Shown piece by piece: positions 8,934 to 18,857 of a stretch of DNA of 64,000 nucleotides. The stretch comes from Chitinophagales bacterium. GTDB taxonomy: Bacteria > Bacteroidota > Bacteroidia > Chitinophagales > BACL12. Location: the NCBI GenBank assembly GCA_041751015.1, contig JBGSYF010000022.1, forward strand, positions 48,156 through 112,155, read 5' to 3'. The notes beneath the pieces were generated by a model. The model was not told the DNA's origin, searched no databases, and saw only the letters and a list, made by a program, of their open reading frames with translations. The number at the start of each line of letters is the position of its first letter. Position 1 is the stretch's first letter. A program made the translations under genes and the position numbers.

Positions 8934-10610
8934 ATGACGCCCAAGCCATATCTCCTTATTCTTGCCTCGTTGCTGATCCTGCCTTGCATGCTGCAAAGTC
9001 AATCTCAGGTCAGCGGGGTTGAAATAGTCTGGGGACCAGAAGAAAAAGGCAAAGTCCGGGAACCATTGAAGGAAGTTTTCGGAATGATTGAAAATGATTT
9101 ATATGCCATAAAGAATGTTGGGATGGGTTATTCTCAAGGCAACCTTTACACCAGGTCCAATAAATTTCTGCTGGAGCGCTACGATGCCCGCCTTAACCTG
9201 GCAAGCTCAGTACCCCTTGATATGAAAGCCTATGGCTCCTACAGAGGCATGCTCATCCACGGTCAGAAATTGTGGCTGTTCACATCTGAAGGAGTTGCCA
9301 GCAGCAAGGACCTGGTCCTTTCAGCGCGGGAAGTTCATCCAAAAACGCTCATTCCTTCTAAAAAAGCGATAGCAATATCTCAGGCTTCCAAAACAAAATG
9401 GTACAAAAACATCAATCAAAGTATTTATGGCGTAAACCAACTTTTCAGTTCGCCCTCCAGTAAAGATGTGAGTTTTCTGATGGAGCAGTCCAAATCCGGA
9501 GATTATCTGGCCGTTCTATCCACCTGGCCATATGAAGGGGACAAAGAGAATAAAGAAAACAATGAAGCGCTGACCGTTCAGGTTTTTGACCAAAGTATGC
9601 AGGCAGTTATGTCACGCGATGTGGTTTTACCCTGGGAAAAATCGCTGTTTGATGTTTTAGAACTGAGAGCTGATGAAAAAGGCAATGCGTACTTGCTCGG
9701 TATTCGCTATGAGGGTAAGCGACGGATGAAGCGCGAAGGACAGCCCAATTATGAATACATTCTGCTGAAAATTCCGAATGAACCAGAGGATATCATAGAA
9801 TATAATATACGATTGAAGGATAGGTTTGTTACCGATATGACCATTGCCGTTGATGATCTTGGTAACATAGCTGCAGCAGGGTTTTACTCGGACAAACCAT
9901 CGTTTAACATTCAAGGAACTTATTACATGGCAGTTGACGGGCAAAGCAAGGGAGTTATCAAGAGCGCCACCAAAAGTTTTGACATAGATTTCATTACTGA
10001 AGCTATGACTGAGCGAGAGGCTGCCAAAACAGAACGCAAGGATCAAGCAGGCAAAGATCTGGAGTTGAAAGATATGGCTTTGCGCAAACTCAGTCCCCTT
10101 CTGGGTGGTGGCTGGATATTGGTAGGGGAGCAGTATAAAACTAAAACGACTACAACAAACACTCCCACTTCTACTGGCTCAAACAGAACGGACACCCGTT
10201 ATCATTATCACTACGACGATATCATCGTGGTGCGCATTTCAAACGAAGGCATTATTGAATGGGCCCATAAAATTCCAAAGCGTCAACATACAGTAGATGA
10301 TCATGGCTTTTACTCCTCATTTATTCAAAGCGAATTTGACGATAAGCTCTATTTCGTCTTTAATGACAATGCCAAGAATCTAAAAGGCGACGACAACGGA
10401 AAATACAATGTATTCAGAGGGGGCAAGGGCAGTGTTACCATGATGGTGGAAATTGATGCGCGGGGAAACATGAAAAGAGATGTGCTGTTTAGCTTCGATG
10501 AAGCCGAGGTGACTATCCGTCCCAGAGTCAGCAGTCAGATCGATCCCAAAACTACCATACTCGGAGGTCAGCGAGGCAAATCCCACCGTTTGATGAAGAT
10601 TGGCTTTTAG
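8934..10610 (+). CDS. hypothetical secreted protein
   Basis: 558-aa ORF with signal-like N-terminus MTPKPYLLILASLLILPCMLQSQSQ. A Thr-rich stretch KTKTTTTNTPTSTGS is present. No enzymatic motif recognised. Visibly more AT-rich than the core genes. Confidence 0.6.
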   Translation: MTPKPYLLILASLLILPCMLQSQSQVSGVEIVWGPEEKGKVREPLKEVFGMIENDLYAIKNVGMGYSQGNLYTRSNKFLLERYDARLNLASSVPLDMKAYGSYRGMLIHGQKLWLFTSEGVASSKDLVLSAREVHPKTLIPSKKAIAISQASKTKWYKNINQSIYGVNQLFSSPSSKDVSFLMEQSKSGDYLAVLSTWPYEGDKENKENNEALTVQVFDQSMQAVMSRDVVLPWEKSLFDVLELRADEKGNAYLLGIRYEGKRRMKREGQPNYEYILLKIPNEPEDIIEYNIRLKDRFVTDMTIAVDDLGNIAAAGFYSDKPSFNIQGTYYMAVDGQSKGVIKSATKSFDIDFITEAMTEREAAKTERKDQAGKDLELKDMALRKLSPLLGGGWILVGEQYKTKTTTTNTPTSTGSNRTDTRYHYHYDDIIVVRISNEGIIEWAHKIPKRQHTVDDHGFYSSFIQSEFDDKLYFVFNDNAKNLKGDDNGKYNVFRGGKGSVTMMVEIDARGNMKRDVLFSFDEAEVTIRPRVSSQIDPKTTILGGQRGKSHRLMKIGF

Positions 10611-10912
10611 GGAAACTTCCTGAAGGACTTCTTAAATTTGGAAGCCAAAACTTATTGCGGGGTATTTGAATTAATATAGTTTATATATGTATTATTATTT
10701 ATGCTGATTGTCCGATGGAAAACGCAACTCAGATAGCCGATCGCTTCAAAGAAGTTTTTCTCAACGCTGTATCCGGCCACGTTTTACTTTTGGTAGAAGA
10801 AGTTCGAGCAATTGGGCAGTGATGGCCCGGATCACAGCGTGCTCAAGGTGCGCTTGCAGCGCGTGGAAGTTCTGGAGAAGGAGAACATGAAGCTCAAGGA
10901 ACTGGCTGCCCC

Positions 10913-12784
10913 TCAATCCACCACCATTTGCCCAGCCGAGCTCCTCAGCCTGACCCCTTTTTTCCCGGTGCCTGAGCAAGCCGGGCAGGGTTTGTGAATG
11001 GTCGTGGTGGTCGTTACTTCCCGATCCGGTTCCACCGTGGTGGTGGTTCGCTCATATTCGCCATCGCGCCACAGGAAAACCCGTTCCGAGCGCGTAGTGG
11101 TCTGCCCCTCGACAACCGTGGTCTTCGATTCTGATCCCAGTTGAAATCCATAACCATAGCATACCTGACAATCCACAAAGGATCGAATGCTTTGGTCCTT
11201 ACCAAAATCTTCGGCATAAAACAGGTATTCCTGACCATCAACAAAAGTGGAAAAGAAGTTAACTCCCTTTTTCTTATCGTACCCCATGTTCAGGTTGTCG
11301 AGTGAAGGGGGAAAGGTTGTCGTTTGGTCATTGTAGCCAAACTTCCCATTGACTTTATAGACAAATCCATTGGTCTCAGGCACATGGGTCACATTTTTGA
11401 CCCCTGCTGGGAGCCAAACCTCTTTGTAGTCCCCCACGTTTGTGATTTGATAGATCTTACCATTTCTATACCCAAGAATATCTCGGGAAGGAAACAACAC
11501 TGTTCCCAGAGAATCATAGCCAATCACTGGTTTACCAGGGTAGCTAAAGTTTTCGCCTACCAGCGAATACCATTTGGCATCTTCTCGTTTCACATATAGA
11601 CGATTCGAATTGCAGGTCATGTCGCTGATCTTCTCCGTTTTTAGTATAAATTTTTTATCTCTTGCTGAAAAGATCGTATAGTGATCACCGCGCTCTTTGC
11701 GGAAAAAGTAAACATATTCATCGATACCGCAACTGGTGGCCAAATTATAGTCGGCATAAACTGGTTCCAGCACAATTCTTTCTCCAACTCTTAACCCGTA
11801 ACGGTCGTTCTTTTTGATGATTCTAACATCGTACTTATCAGCATATGCTATTTCAAAATCGGCGGCTATTTTCTGACCTTCTTCCATTTTCATGGATTTG
11901 CCTTTCTCTGTGAAAAACAAGGTTTCGTCTTCAATATGGTATGCCTCAATCTCGAAATTTTGGTTGATCAAGCTGCTACCGGGCGTTACGCTGGCCAGAT
12001 ACATCTTGCCCGTCTTGTGCAGGATCAGGAAATCGTTCGAGATCTTCCGGTCCTTGTAGCCACTTAGTTTGATCATGGTCCGCAAATGGGTGATGCTGTC
12101 GTACTCCACCGGAAGTTTGACGTTGTAGGCTTCATCGACAATTCCATATAGGTTGCCGGTTCTTATCTTGAAGAACGGCTTGGTGTCGATATTGATCAGT
12201 TCAAGGTCGTCGCAGGAAAAAGCGGGGTTGCCTGGCTTGAAATCCTTCCTGCTGTAGTCATTTAATGCCACTCGATCCCCTTGCCAGACCGCTCCGTAAT
12301 ACCAGGTCTTCCACTCGTCCCCATAGGTATTGTACAACCTGGCTTTTAGAGTGATAAACTTAGTCTTGTCGTAGAGAAAATCCGTTCCGAAAATGGGGGT
12401 CTTGCTCAGAAAGAAAGGCTTGTCATTATCATCCATATCCAGGTTATCCATAGCCTCGTATAGCGCGTATTTCCCATTCTTTTTTACAAAATACGCCTGA
12501 AAATACATGTGTTGAATATGCTCATATTCATTGGGTAAAAGTTCTATAGGTTTTTTACCCCCCACAAAAAGTAAACCGTACCCGTCCCTGGTTTTGGTAA
12601 TGACCGTATGCCAGGAATCATAAGGTTTAATAAGCGTATCGTATATCGATTTAGTAATATTAGACCCTTCCGCCTCCAAATAGTATTTCTTGTTTCCCGG
12701 GTCGAGCTTGACGGTTTGCCCGTTAACGTTTAGCACAGCAAGGCCAGACAGACAGATGCCGATGAACCAGCGCAAAGTGTCCAT
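10913..12784 (-). CDS. secreted WG-repeat-like protein with C-terminal CxxCxGxG (DnaJ CR-type) zinc-finger pair
   Basis: Signal peptide MDTLRWFIGICLSGLAVLNVNGQ. Recurrent (K/R)YG(L/I)-type repeats (DGYGLLFVGG, GNLYGIVDEAYNV, DRYGLRVGERIVLEPVY, GKFGYNDQ). C-terminus has CQVCYGYG ... CPACSGTG flanking Thr-rich runs. Confidence 0.6.
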   Translation of the reverse strand: MDTLRWFIGICLSGLAVLNVNGQTVKLDPGNKKYYLEAEGSNITKSIYDTLIKPYDSWHTVITKTRDGYGLLFVGGKKPIELLPNEYEHIQHMYFQAYFVKKNGKYALYEAMDNLDMDDNDKPFFLSKTPIFGTDFLYDKTKFITLKARLYNTYGDEWKTWYYGAVWQGDRVALNDYSRKDFKPGNPAFSCDDLELINIDTKPFFKIRTGNLYGIVDEAYNVKLPVEYDSITHLRTMIKLSGYKDRKISNDFLILHKTGKMYLASVTPGSSLINQNFEIEAYHIEDETLFFTEKGKSMKMEEGQKIAADFEIAYADKYDVRIIKKNDRYGLRVGERIVLEPVYADYNLATSCGIDEYVYFFRKERGDHYTIFSARDKKFILKTEKISDMTCNSNRLYVKREDAKWYSLVGENFSYPGKPVIGYDSLGTVLFPSRDILGYRNGKIYQITNVGDYKEVWLPAGVKNVTHVPETNGFVYKVNGKFGYNDQTTTFPPSLDNLNMGYDKKKGVNFFSTFVDGQEYLFYAEDFGKDQSIRSFVDCQVCYGYGFQLGSESKTTVVEGQTTTRSERVFLWRDGEYERTTTTVEPDREVTTTTTIHKPCPACSGTGKKGVRLRSSAGQMVVD

Positions 12785-12949
12785 GCAGGGTGATATTTTG
12801 GAGCAAGGTAGTCCATTTTTGGGGATGGGGAAAGGCCTGTTTTAGTGCTTTAAGCGGAAGCATTTACGCTGAATATACCTCTGTCTCTTCCCGTTGAACT
12901 CGGTTTCTCAAATGGACGCCATACCGCACACTATGGCGGACTGAATCGT

Positions 12950-14107
12950 TTATATGTTGGGTGTGTCGGTTTCCTGCAAGATGCGAAGTGAATCTTGGTA
13001 CACCCAAACGCGGCGGTAGTGACCACCGGTTACCTCTTCTAAGATGCCCTTGGATTCCAAAGTTCGTATCGTTGCTGTAGCGGCTGGGTGAGTGAGTTGG
13101 AGGACTTGTTCCGCTTCTGCCACTGTTACTACAGGGTTGCGTTGCAGGTGGTCGTGCAGGCGAAGGGTACTGGCGGAAACGCCGGCCAGTCGCGTTCGGT
13201 CGTTGTTGAATAGCTGAAGCAACTGGCGGGCGCTGCGGTTTGCATTTCCAGCGATTTCTACTACCCCTTCCAAAAAGTAGCGCAGCCATCCTTCCCAATC
13301 GCCGTGCATGCGAACGTTTTGGAGATGCTCATAATAGAGGTTACGGTTTCGCCGAAAGTGTAGGGAGAGGTAAAGCATAGGCTGTGCCAACACGCCTTCT
13401 GCGCAGAGCAGCAATGTGATCAGCAGACGTCCGAGCCTGCCGTTGCCATCCAGGAAGGGGTGCAGCGTTTCAAATTGCACATGAATGAGGGCTGCCTTGA
13501 TCAGGGTAGGGGTGGTAACCGGATCATTGTGGATAAATCGTTCCCACGCAGCAAGGCGCGCCGGCAGTTCATGGTGAGGTGGTGGTACAAATGCAGCATT
13601 GCCTGGTCTTGATCCACCGATCCAGTTTTGGCTTTGGCGAAATTCGCCGGGTTGATGCCGCGCTCCCCTTCCCCCGCTTAAAAGGCGGGCATGGATTTCC
13701 CGGACAAGTCGCAAACAAATGGGCATGCCGCCGCGCCAGGCATCTAAGCCATACTCAAGTGCCTGGACATAGCGCGATACCTCCAAGACATCCTCGCGTA
13801 AGGCAACGGGTGTATCGTTGACTTCGTGCCGTAACAAGTCCGATAGCGAAGATTGTGTTCCTTCAATCTGCGAGGACAAGACCGCTTCCTTGCGAACATA
13901 TGTATATAGAAAGAGGTGAGGATCAGGCAATTGGCTGGAAAGGCCATCCAGACGGCCAAGTTCCAAATAAGCCTTATGCAATAGTTGCTGCAACCCTTCG
14001 TCCAGCTCAAGCGGAGGTTCTGGTGGTAGGTCGAAGGGCACAAATGCCCTTACGGCTTCTCCGGAGGTAGAAGTAGTTTGGTAAAGGCCAGTTGGTCCGC
14101 GGCGCAT
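12950..14107 (-). CDS. Fic family protein (Fic_N + Fic + C-terminal winged-helix-like region)
   Basis: Fic core motif HPFLDGNGRLGRLL. An N-terminal inhibitory-helix motif S-x-x-x-E-G is present in LSSQIEGTQSSLSDLL. C-terminal LQLTHPAATATIRTLESKGILEEV looks wHTH-like. Confidence 0.9.
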   Translation of the reverse strand: MRRGPTGLYQTTSTSGEAVRAFVPFDLPPEPPLELDEGLQQLLHKAYLELGRLDGLSSQLPDPHLFLYTYVRKEAVLSSQIEGTQSSLSDLLRHEVNDTPVALREDVLEVSRYVQALEYGLDAWRGGMPICLRLVREIHARLLSGGRGARHQPGEFRQSQNWIGGSRPGNAAFVPPPHHELPARLAAWERFIHNDPVTTPTLIKAALIHVQFETLHPFLDGNGRLGRLLITLLLCAEGVLAQPMLYLSLHFRRNRNLYYEHLQNVRMHGDWEGWLRYFLEGVVEIAGNANRSARQLLQLFNNDRTRLAGVSASTLRLHDHLQRNPVVTVAEAEQVLQLTHPAATATIRTLESKGILEEVTGGHYRRVWVYQDSLRILQETDTPNI

Positions 14108-14113
14108 CAGTGC

Positions 14114-14284
14114 AATGAAAGTTTTCTGGCCTAAACTTACAATCTTTTGAACTTATGAAAGCGGACTAACATTTTGACCAAAGAATGAAAGTTTTTAACC
14201 AATTTCTTTCATTTAGGGTGATAAAGTGTAAGTGGTCTTTCAATCCTGGGTGTAGAATGAAAGTTTTGGCGGAAAACTTTCATT
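14114..14284 (-). promoter_or_regulatory. three evenly spaced dyad repeats (AATGAAAGTTTT / AAAACTTTCATT) upstream of fic
   Basis: Exact 12-mers at 14114-14125, 14184-14195 and 14256-14267. Inverted partners at 14132-14143 (9/12), 14202-14213 (9/12) and 14273-14284 (12/12). Confidence 0.55.
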
Positions 14285-14374
14285 TTATTGAACCCATTGA
14301 CTAGAATACCTCCGCTGGTTCTACTTGTTAGCAGTTTGCGCTCTGTGTTCCTTGAATCGCAATTTCTACTCCTG

Positions 14375-14965
14375 TCAATTGTCAACTTCACTCCTGGTAT
14401 TGATTTTTAATGTCCAGGTAACAGCCTTTAATCGTTTTTGAATCATTTCTAAAGTTTCCAAAACTTCTTCCTCTCTAGGCAGTTCTCCATAGACCAAATT
14501 TTTGAAACTGCCATTATAGGTGGCTTTCATCTTCTCCCAAACATTTACTAAGTCCTTAAAAATAAGGGCTTCATTAGGATGATGAATTAGCCACATATTA
14601 CTATTCTTAAAACTCACTACATCATCATTGGCTACCTTTAACAACATTTCATCAAAAGCTGCCGAATGAAAGAATTCCGAAAAAAGCTCTTGCTTTAGTA
14701 GTTGATGTAAATCATAGGTGTGCCTTACCTTCTTGTTCAAACAATCTATTGGGACTTCACCATAAGAAAAACGAACCAAACTCATTATTTTATCACATAT
14801 TGTTCTTGTTGGTTCCAGTACTAATAAGTCAAAGGAAAGAAGGCCGTTTTCATTTGCAATATCACTGTAAACTGAACGGCTTGTCTGAATAGGGTTTTGT
14901 TTTCGTGCAACTTCATTTAATATTCCATTTTTCGGTGGTGGAATTTGCTTTCCCTGCACCTGCAA
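14375..14965 (-). pseudogene. AbiEii/AbiGii-family toxin, 5'-truncated (nucleotidyltransferase domain missing)
   Basis: The 196-aa frame matches only the C-terminal part of long AbiEii toxins (LEPTRTICDKIMSLVRF ... VRHTYDLHQLL). The frame is closed by a TGA 8 codons upstream of its TTG start. No GG(T/S)..SK...R.S.DID nucleotidyltransferase motif is present. It overlaps the 3' end of the antitoxin gene. Confidence 0.55.
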
Positions 14966-15641
14966 TTTTATACTTGGTAATTGGGTTCAATGACTTGAAT
15001 AGTGGTTCGACAGATTTACCTTTTTGCGATTGCTCTAACAATGCGCCTAACAAAGCCCTTGTAGCAGGTGGGTATTTTAGTGCTAAGCGAACCAGCGTTT
15101 TAATTTCTTTATCGGTGTAGTTTTTGATGATAGCTAAAAATCGCTTACACGAAGATTCCACACTGGCATCGGGTATTTTTTTTATGTAGCGAACGGCATC
15201 CAACAACTGCAGCAAAGGAATGTTCTCTTTAGTAATGATGTTCTTTTGCTTCACAAAAGCTATCGTATAACATTCTCTTTTGAAATTGGGGCGAATCTGA
15301 TTCTTTCCAATTTGGATGGTATTGCTTACTTGTGTGGTTAAACCCAATTGGTTGTAAATGCTGAAACCTGTGAGATAGCCAGTGATTTTTCCGTTATCTT
15401 CCAACAGATCTTTTACCACTTGTGCCTGGTTGGGTTGAAGGCTGCCAAAGGGCGTATTCTCGGGCTTGTAATATCTTCCCTTAGATAGCTTGGCAATCTT
15501 TCCTGATGCCACCATTCGGTTCAGGGCTTTTATCGCTGCTTCTTTTTGATTCACCTCTGTGGTCAAGTCAGCATATGTGAATACATAGCCCTTGGGCAGC
15601 CTGTCTATAGTAAATGCAATGTACTTAGCTATTTTAATCAC
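14913..15641 (-). CDS. AbiEi-like type IV toxin-antitoxin antitoxin (wHTH N-terminal domain)
   Basis: GTG start. AIKALNRMVASGKIAKLSKGRYYKPENTPFG ... GYLTGFSIYNQLGLTTQV ... LLQLLDAVRYIKKIPD ... YPPATRALLGALLE matches the AbiEi/DUF6088-type pattern. Confidence 0.65.
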   Translation of the reverse strand: MIKIAKYIAFTIDRLPKGYVFTYADLTTEVNQKEAAIKALNRMVASGKIAKLSKGRYYKPENTPFGSLQPNQAQVVKDLLEDNGKITGYLTGFSIYNQLGLTTQVSNTIQIGKNQIRPNFKRECYTIAFVKQKNIITKENIPLLQLLDAVRYIKKIPDASVESSCKRFLAIIKNYTDKEIKTLVRLALKYPPATRALLGALLEQSQKGKSVEPLFKSLNPITKYKIAGAGKANSTTEKWNIK

Positions 15642-15654
15642 TTATATTGCCGTA

Positions 15655-15662
15655 CAAAGATA
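15655..15662 (-). promoter_or_regulatory. Bacteroidota-type -7 promoter box for abiEi
   Basis: The minus strand reads TATCTTTG (TAnnTTTG), 14 nt upstream of the GTG at 15639-15641. Confidence 0.45.
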
Positions 15663-15668
15663 GTTAGT

Positions 15669-15700
15669 ATGTCCAGTTTATTAGTATAAAAACTGGACAT
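15669..15700 (-). promoter_or_regulatory. perfect 11-bp inverted repeat (operator candidate) just upstream of the abiEi -7 box
   Basis: ATGTCCAGTTT (15669-15679), 10-nt spacer, AAACTGGACAT (15690-15700). Confidence 0.5.
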
Positions 15701-15755
15701 TTTGAGGTTTAATAAGCCTTACGAGTTACCCGCAGAATCCTCAAAAATCCACAAA

Positions 15756-18700
15756 CTAAAGTACTCCTCCCACCCCCTTGAACTTCTCCACCAAAGCCGC
15801 AATTTTTTGAAAGACACTCCTTTTCTTGGTCAGGTACTGCGGGTTGAGCGGGCTCATTTTGGGGAGAACATCGTTTAGCTCCGTGCCGCTGTCGCTGGCG
15901 TACTCTCGCTTCAGAGAAGCTGAAATGTACCGTTTCGCAGCATTTTCGTTGAGCAACTCGTCTGTAATCAGCTCGGATACCTCGCGCTTTTGCTCGGCCT
16001 GGGCAAAGGAGAAAAACGAGTCGATAATGGCCGCTTTATCGTGAATATTGTCCAGATCGGTCTGGTTGATGAAGTCAACCAGGAGCGATTCCTTGGCACG
16101 ATTGCCGATACTGGAACGGATCATGCGGCGAACATCTTCAACCAGGTCGGCCTTGTTCTTGCGGTTCTTGTTGTTCTCAAAGAGAAGCTCCAGAATATAG
16201 TCCAGATTGATCTCCTGTGACTTGAGCAGATCAATTTCAAAAACCACATCGCTCCAGTCAATCGTAGACTGAACATTCGCCTCTCCCTCGTTCTGTCGGC
16301 GCAACCAGTCGCGGATGTCGTTGTAGGCCGACCGGTAGTCTTGGGCTTGCCGGATGGGGATAACCGGGGTTTCCAGCATGGCTACAAACTGCTCATCCGT
16401 AACATAGTGCTTCTCTTTAAAGGCCTCTACAACTGCAGGATCAGCCGTATCTAAGGTCTGCAGCACCTGAAGGCTGGCGAACTCGTCGTAATTCTGAAGG
16501 ATGTTCTCCACGCGCAAGTATTCCCCGAAGAGTCGGGAGAATTCCTTTTTATCTTTCTCTGTCTCAATTTCTTCCGGGTGAGGGAAGCGCTCTTTTAGTT
16601 CCTGGATCACTTCCAGATAGCCGCGTCTTGCCTGACCAGTGACCAAATCGGTAAAGCCCTCCATATACTCTTTGTAGCTCTTCTCCAGTACTACGTTCCT
16701 GGTATTCTTATCGCCAAAGAGCGTAATGGCATCAATAGTGGCTTGTTCCAGATTTCGGAAGGTGACAATGTTTCCGAAGGTCTTGGTAGCATCGTAGATG
16801 CGGTTGGTGCGTGAATAAGCCTGAATCAACCCGTGGTACCGCAGGTTCTTATCAACGAAAAGTGTATTCAGCATGGGCGCGTCGAAACCGGTGAGGAACA
16901 TCCCCACAATAATTAGCAAATCGACTTCCTGTTTCTTTACGCGATCTGCCAAATCGCGGTAGTAGTTCTCAAATGCTGTGCTCTCCGTACTGAAATTGGT
17001 CTTGAATAGGGCATTGTAATCGCCAATGGCAGCATCCAAAAACTCCCTTGACGTTCGGTCCATCGCGGAAGGCTCAAAAGTCTCATCCAGGATCTCTCCG
17101 ATAGCCCCTTGATCCTCATTGGCAGCGAAGGAGAAGATGGTGGCCACACGCAACTTCTTTTCGCTCTCTTCCTGCAGCTCCCGGATAGCTTGATAATAGC
17201 TTTTTGCCGCCTCCACACTATTGACCGCAAACATGGCATTGAACCCTCTGCCCGATACGCCAAAACGGTGTGTTTTCTGGCGAAAATTGTTCAGAACATA
17301 TTGCGAGATTTCACGGATACGCTGAGGGTGCAACAAGGCCTGTCGGGTCTCGGCCGCAGTCAGTATCTTCTCATCCAGTTCATTCTCCACTTTCTTAAAC
17401 TGTGGTCGAACATCGTTGTAGTCCACTTTGAACTTGAGGACTTTTTCATCCCGGATAGCATCGGTGATGATGTATGAATGCAATTCATGACCAAATACGG
17501 AAGCAGTGGTTTCCGCTCCCAAGGCATTCTGCGGAAAGATGGGCGTGCCCGTAAATCCAAACTGACAGAATTTCTTGAACTTCCTCTTGATATTTTTCTG
17601 TGCTTCGCCGAACTGAGACCGGTGACATTCATCGAAAATGAACACCACTTGTTTCTGGTAAATGTCCAGATTGGCCTCAGCCTTCAGCAAATTGTTTAGT
17701 TTCTGAATGGTCGTCACGATGATCTTGTTGTCATCTGTATCGATGTTCCGCTTCAGCGCTGCGGTGTCTCTTGATCCATTCACGCTGTCTGGCGAAAACT
17801 TCCGGTACTCGCGCATCGTTTGCACATCCAAATCCTTGCGATCCACGACAAAGAAAACCTTCTCAATGTACTCCAGTTCGGTAGCCAGCCGAGCCGCCTT
17901 GAAACTGGTCAGGGTTTTACCGGAGCCGGTGGTGTGCCAGATGTAGCCACCTCCCAGGGTACTGGACCAGTGTTTGGCCTGCTGGGTGCTGTTGATTTTC
18001 CAGAGAATGCGCTCCGTCGCAGCAATCTGATAGGGCCGCATGACCAGCAAGGTGTCGCTGGTATCAAACACCGAGTAACGCAGAAGAATTTCAAGCAGCG
18101 TATTCTTTTGCAGGAAAGTTGCGGTAAAGTCTTTGATGTCTTTGATCAGCGCATTGTCAGCCTTTGCCCAATGCATGGTAAAATCGAAACTGTTCTTGTC
18201 CCGTTTGGTGGTGTTTGCGAAGTATCGCGTGTCGGAGCCGTTGGAGATGACGAATAACTGCAGGTACTTGTAAAGCGAATTGGCTGAATTGAAACTCTCT
18301 TTGCTGTAGCGATGCACCTGATTGAATGCTTCCCGGATAGCAATACCCCGCTTCTTGAGTTCAATCTGCACCAACGGCAGGCCGTTAACCAAGATGGTAA
18401 CGTCGTAGCGGTTGGCGTGTGACCCAGCTTGTTCAAACTGATTGATGACCTGTAGCTTGTTGCGAGCCAGTCTTTTTTTGTCGAAGAGGTAGATGTTCTG
18501 AATTCGACCATCGTCAAAAACAAAATCGCAAATGTAATTATCGTGTACCTTTCGCGTCTTGTCCACAACGCCGTCACTGGGGTTGTCGAGATAACTTTCC
18601 ACGAACCGCGCCCACTCCCCTTCGGAAAAGTTCACGTCATTGAGCGCCTGAAGCTGAGTGCGGATGTTTGCAAGCATCGCAGCCAGGCTCTTGATGTCTT

Positions 18701-18857
18701 GCAAGAATCCATAGCCTTGGTTGCGCAAATCATGGATGAGCTCCCTCTCCAGGTCGGATTCTGTCTGGTAGCGGTTTTCAGCCACCCTCCATTCGCGGGC
18801 GTACTTGTCCAATACAATGAAGGTGCCGGACTCTGCAATGGACTTATATTCCGTCAT
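15756..18857 (-). CDS. hsdR: type I restriction enzyme, R subunit
   Basis: 1033 aa. Walker [12 protein letters not shown] and DEAD-box variant [12 protein letters not shown]. 4-nt overlap with hsdS. Confidence 0.92.
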   Translation of the reverse strand: MTEYKSIAESGTFIVLDKYAREWRVAENRYQTESDLERELIHDLRNQGYGFLQDIKSLAAMLANIRTQLQALNDVNFSEGEWARFVESYLDNPSDGVVDKTRKVHDNYICDFVFDDGRIQNIYLFDKKRLARNKLQVINQFEQAGSHANRYDVTILVNGLPLVQIELKKRGIAIREAFNQVHRYSKESFNSANSLYKYLQLFVISNGSDTRYFANTTKRDKNSFDFTMHWAKADNALIKDIKDFTATFLQKNTLLEILLRYSVFDTSDTLLVMRPYQIAATERILWKINSTQQAKHWSSTLGGGYIWHTTGSGKTLTSFKAARLATELEYIEKVFFVVDRKDLDVQTMREYRKFSPDSVNGSRDTAALKRNIDTDDNKIIVTTIQKLNNLLKAEANLDIYQKQVVFIFDECHRSQFGEAQKNIKRKFKKFCQFGFTGTPIFPQNALGAETTASVFGHELHSYIITDAIRDEKVLKFKVDYNDVRPQFKKVENELDEKILTAAETRQALLHPQRIREISQYVLNNFRQKTHRFGVSGRGFNAMFAVNSVEAAKSYYQAIRELQEESEKKLRVATIFSFAANEDQGAIGEILDETFEPSAMDRTSREFLDAAIGDYNALFKTNFSTESTAFENYYRDLADRVKKQEVDLLIIVGMFLTGFDAPMLNTLFVDKNLRYHGLIQAYSRTNRIYDATKTFGNIVTFRNLEQATIDAITLFGDKNTRNVVLEKSYKEYMEGFTDLVTGQARRGYLEVIQELKERFPHPEEIETEKDKKEFSRLFGEYLRVENILQNYDEFASLQVLQTLDTADPAVVEAFKEKHYVTDEQFVAMLETPVIPIRQAQDYRSAYNDIRDWLRRQNEGEANVQSTIDWSDVVFEIDLLKSQEINLDYILELLFENNKNRKNKADLVEDVRRMIRSSIGNRAKESLLVDFINQTDLDNIHDKAAIIDSFFSFAQAEQKREVSELITDELLNENAAKRYISASLKREYASDSGTELNDVLPKMSPLNPQYLTKKRSVFQKIAALVEKFKGVGGVL

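Noticed and set aside
10657-10670. GCGGGGTATTTGAA as a possible distal copy of the tRNA-Pro att repeat (TCGGGGTGAGAGGATTCGAA)
   Set aside because: It matches only if a 6-nt deletion is assumed, and similarity stops after GAA. This is too weak to call an island boundary without a computed search.
10611-10912. A 300-bp gap with short overlapping ORFs (35 aa MENATQIADRFKEVFLN…, 60 aa, 61 aa, 72 aa), possibly a decayed gene
   Set aside because: No frame gives a convincing continuous protein. The faint resemblance of the first peptide to DinB/NTF2-like N-termini is not enough. Treated as non-coding or unresolvable.
14209-14391. 60-aa minus-strand ORF between abiEii and fic
   Set aside because: It is built almost entirely from the dyad-repeat region and has no start context. 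Its sequence is dictated by the repeats.
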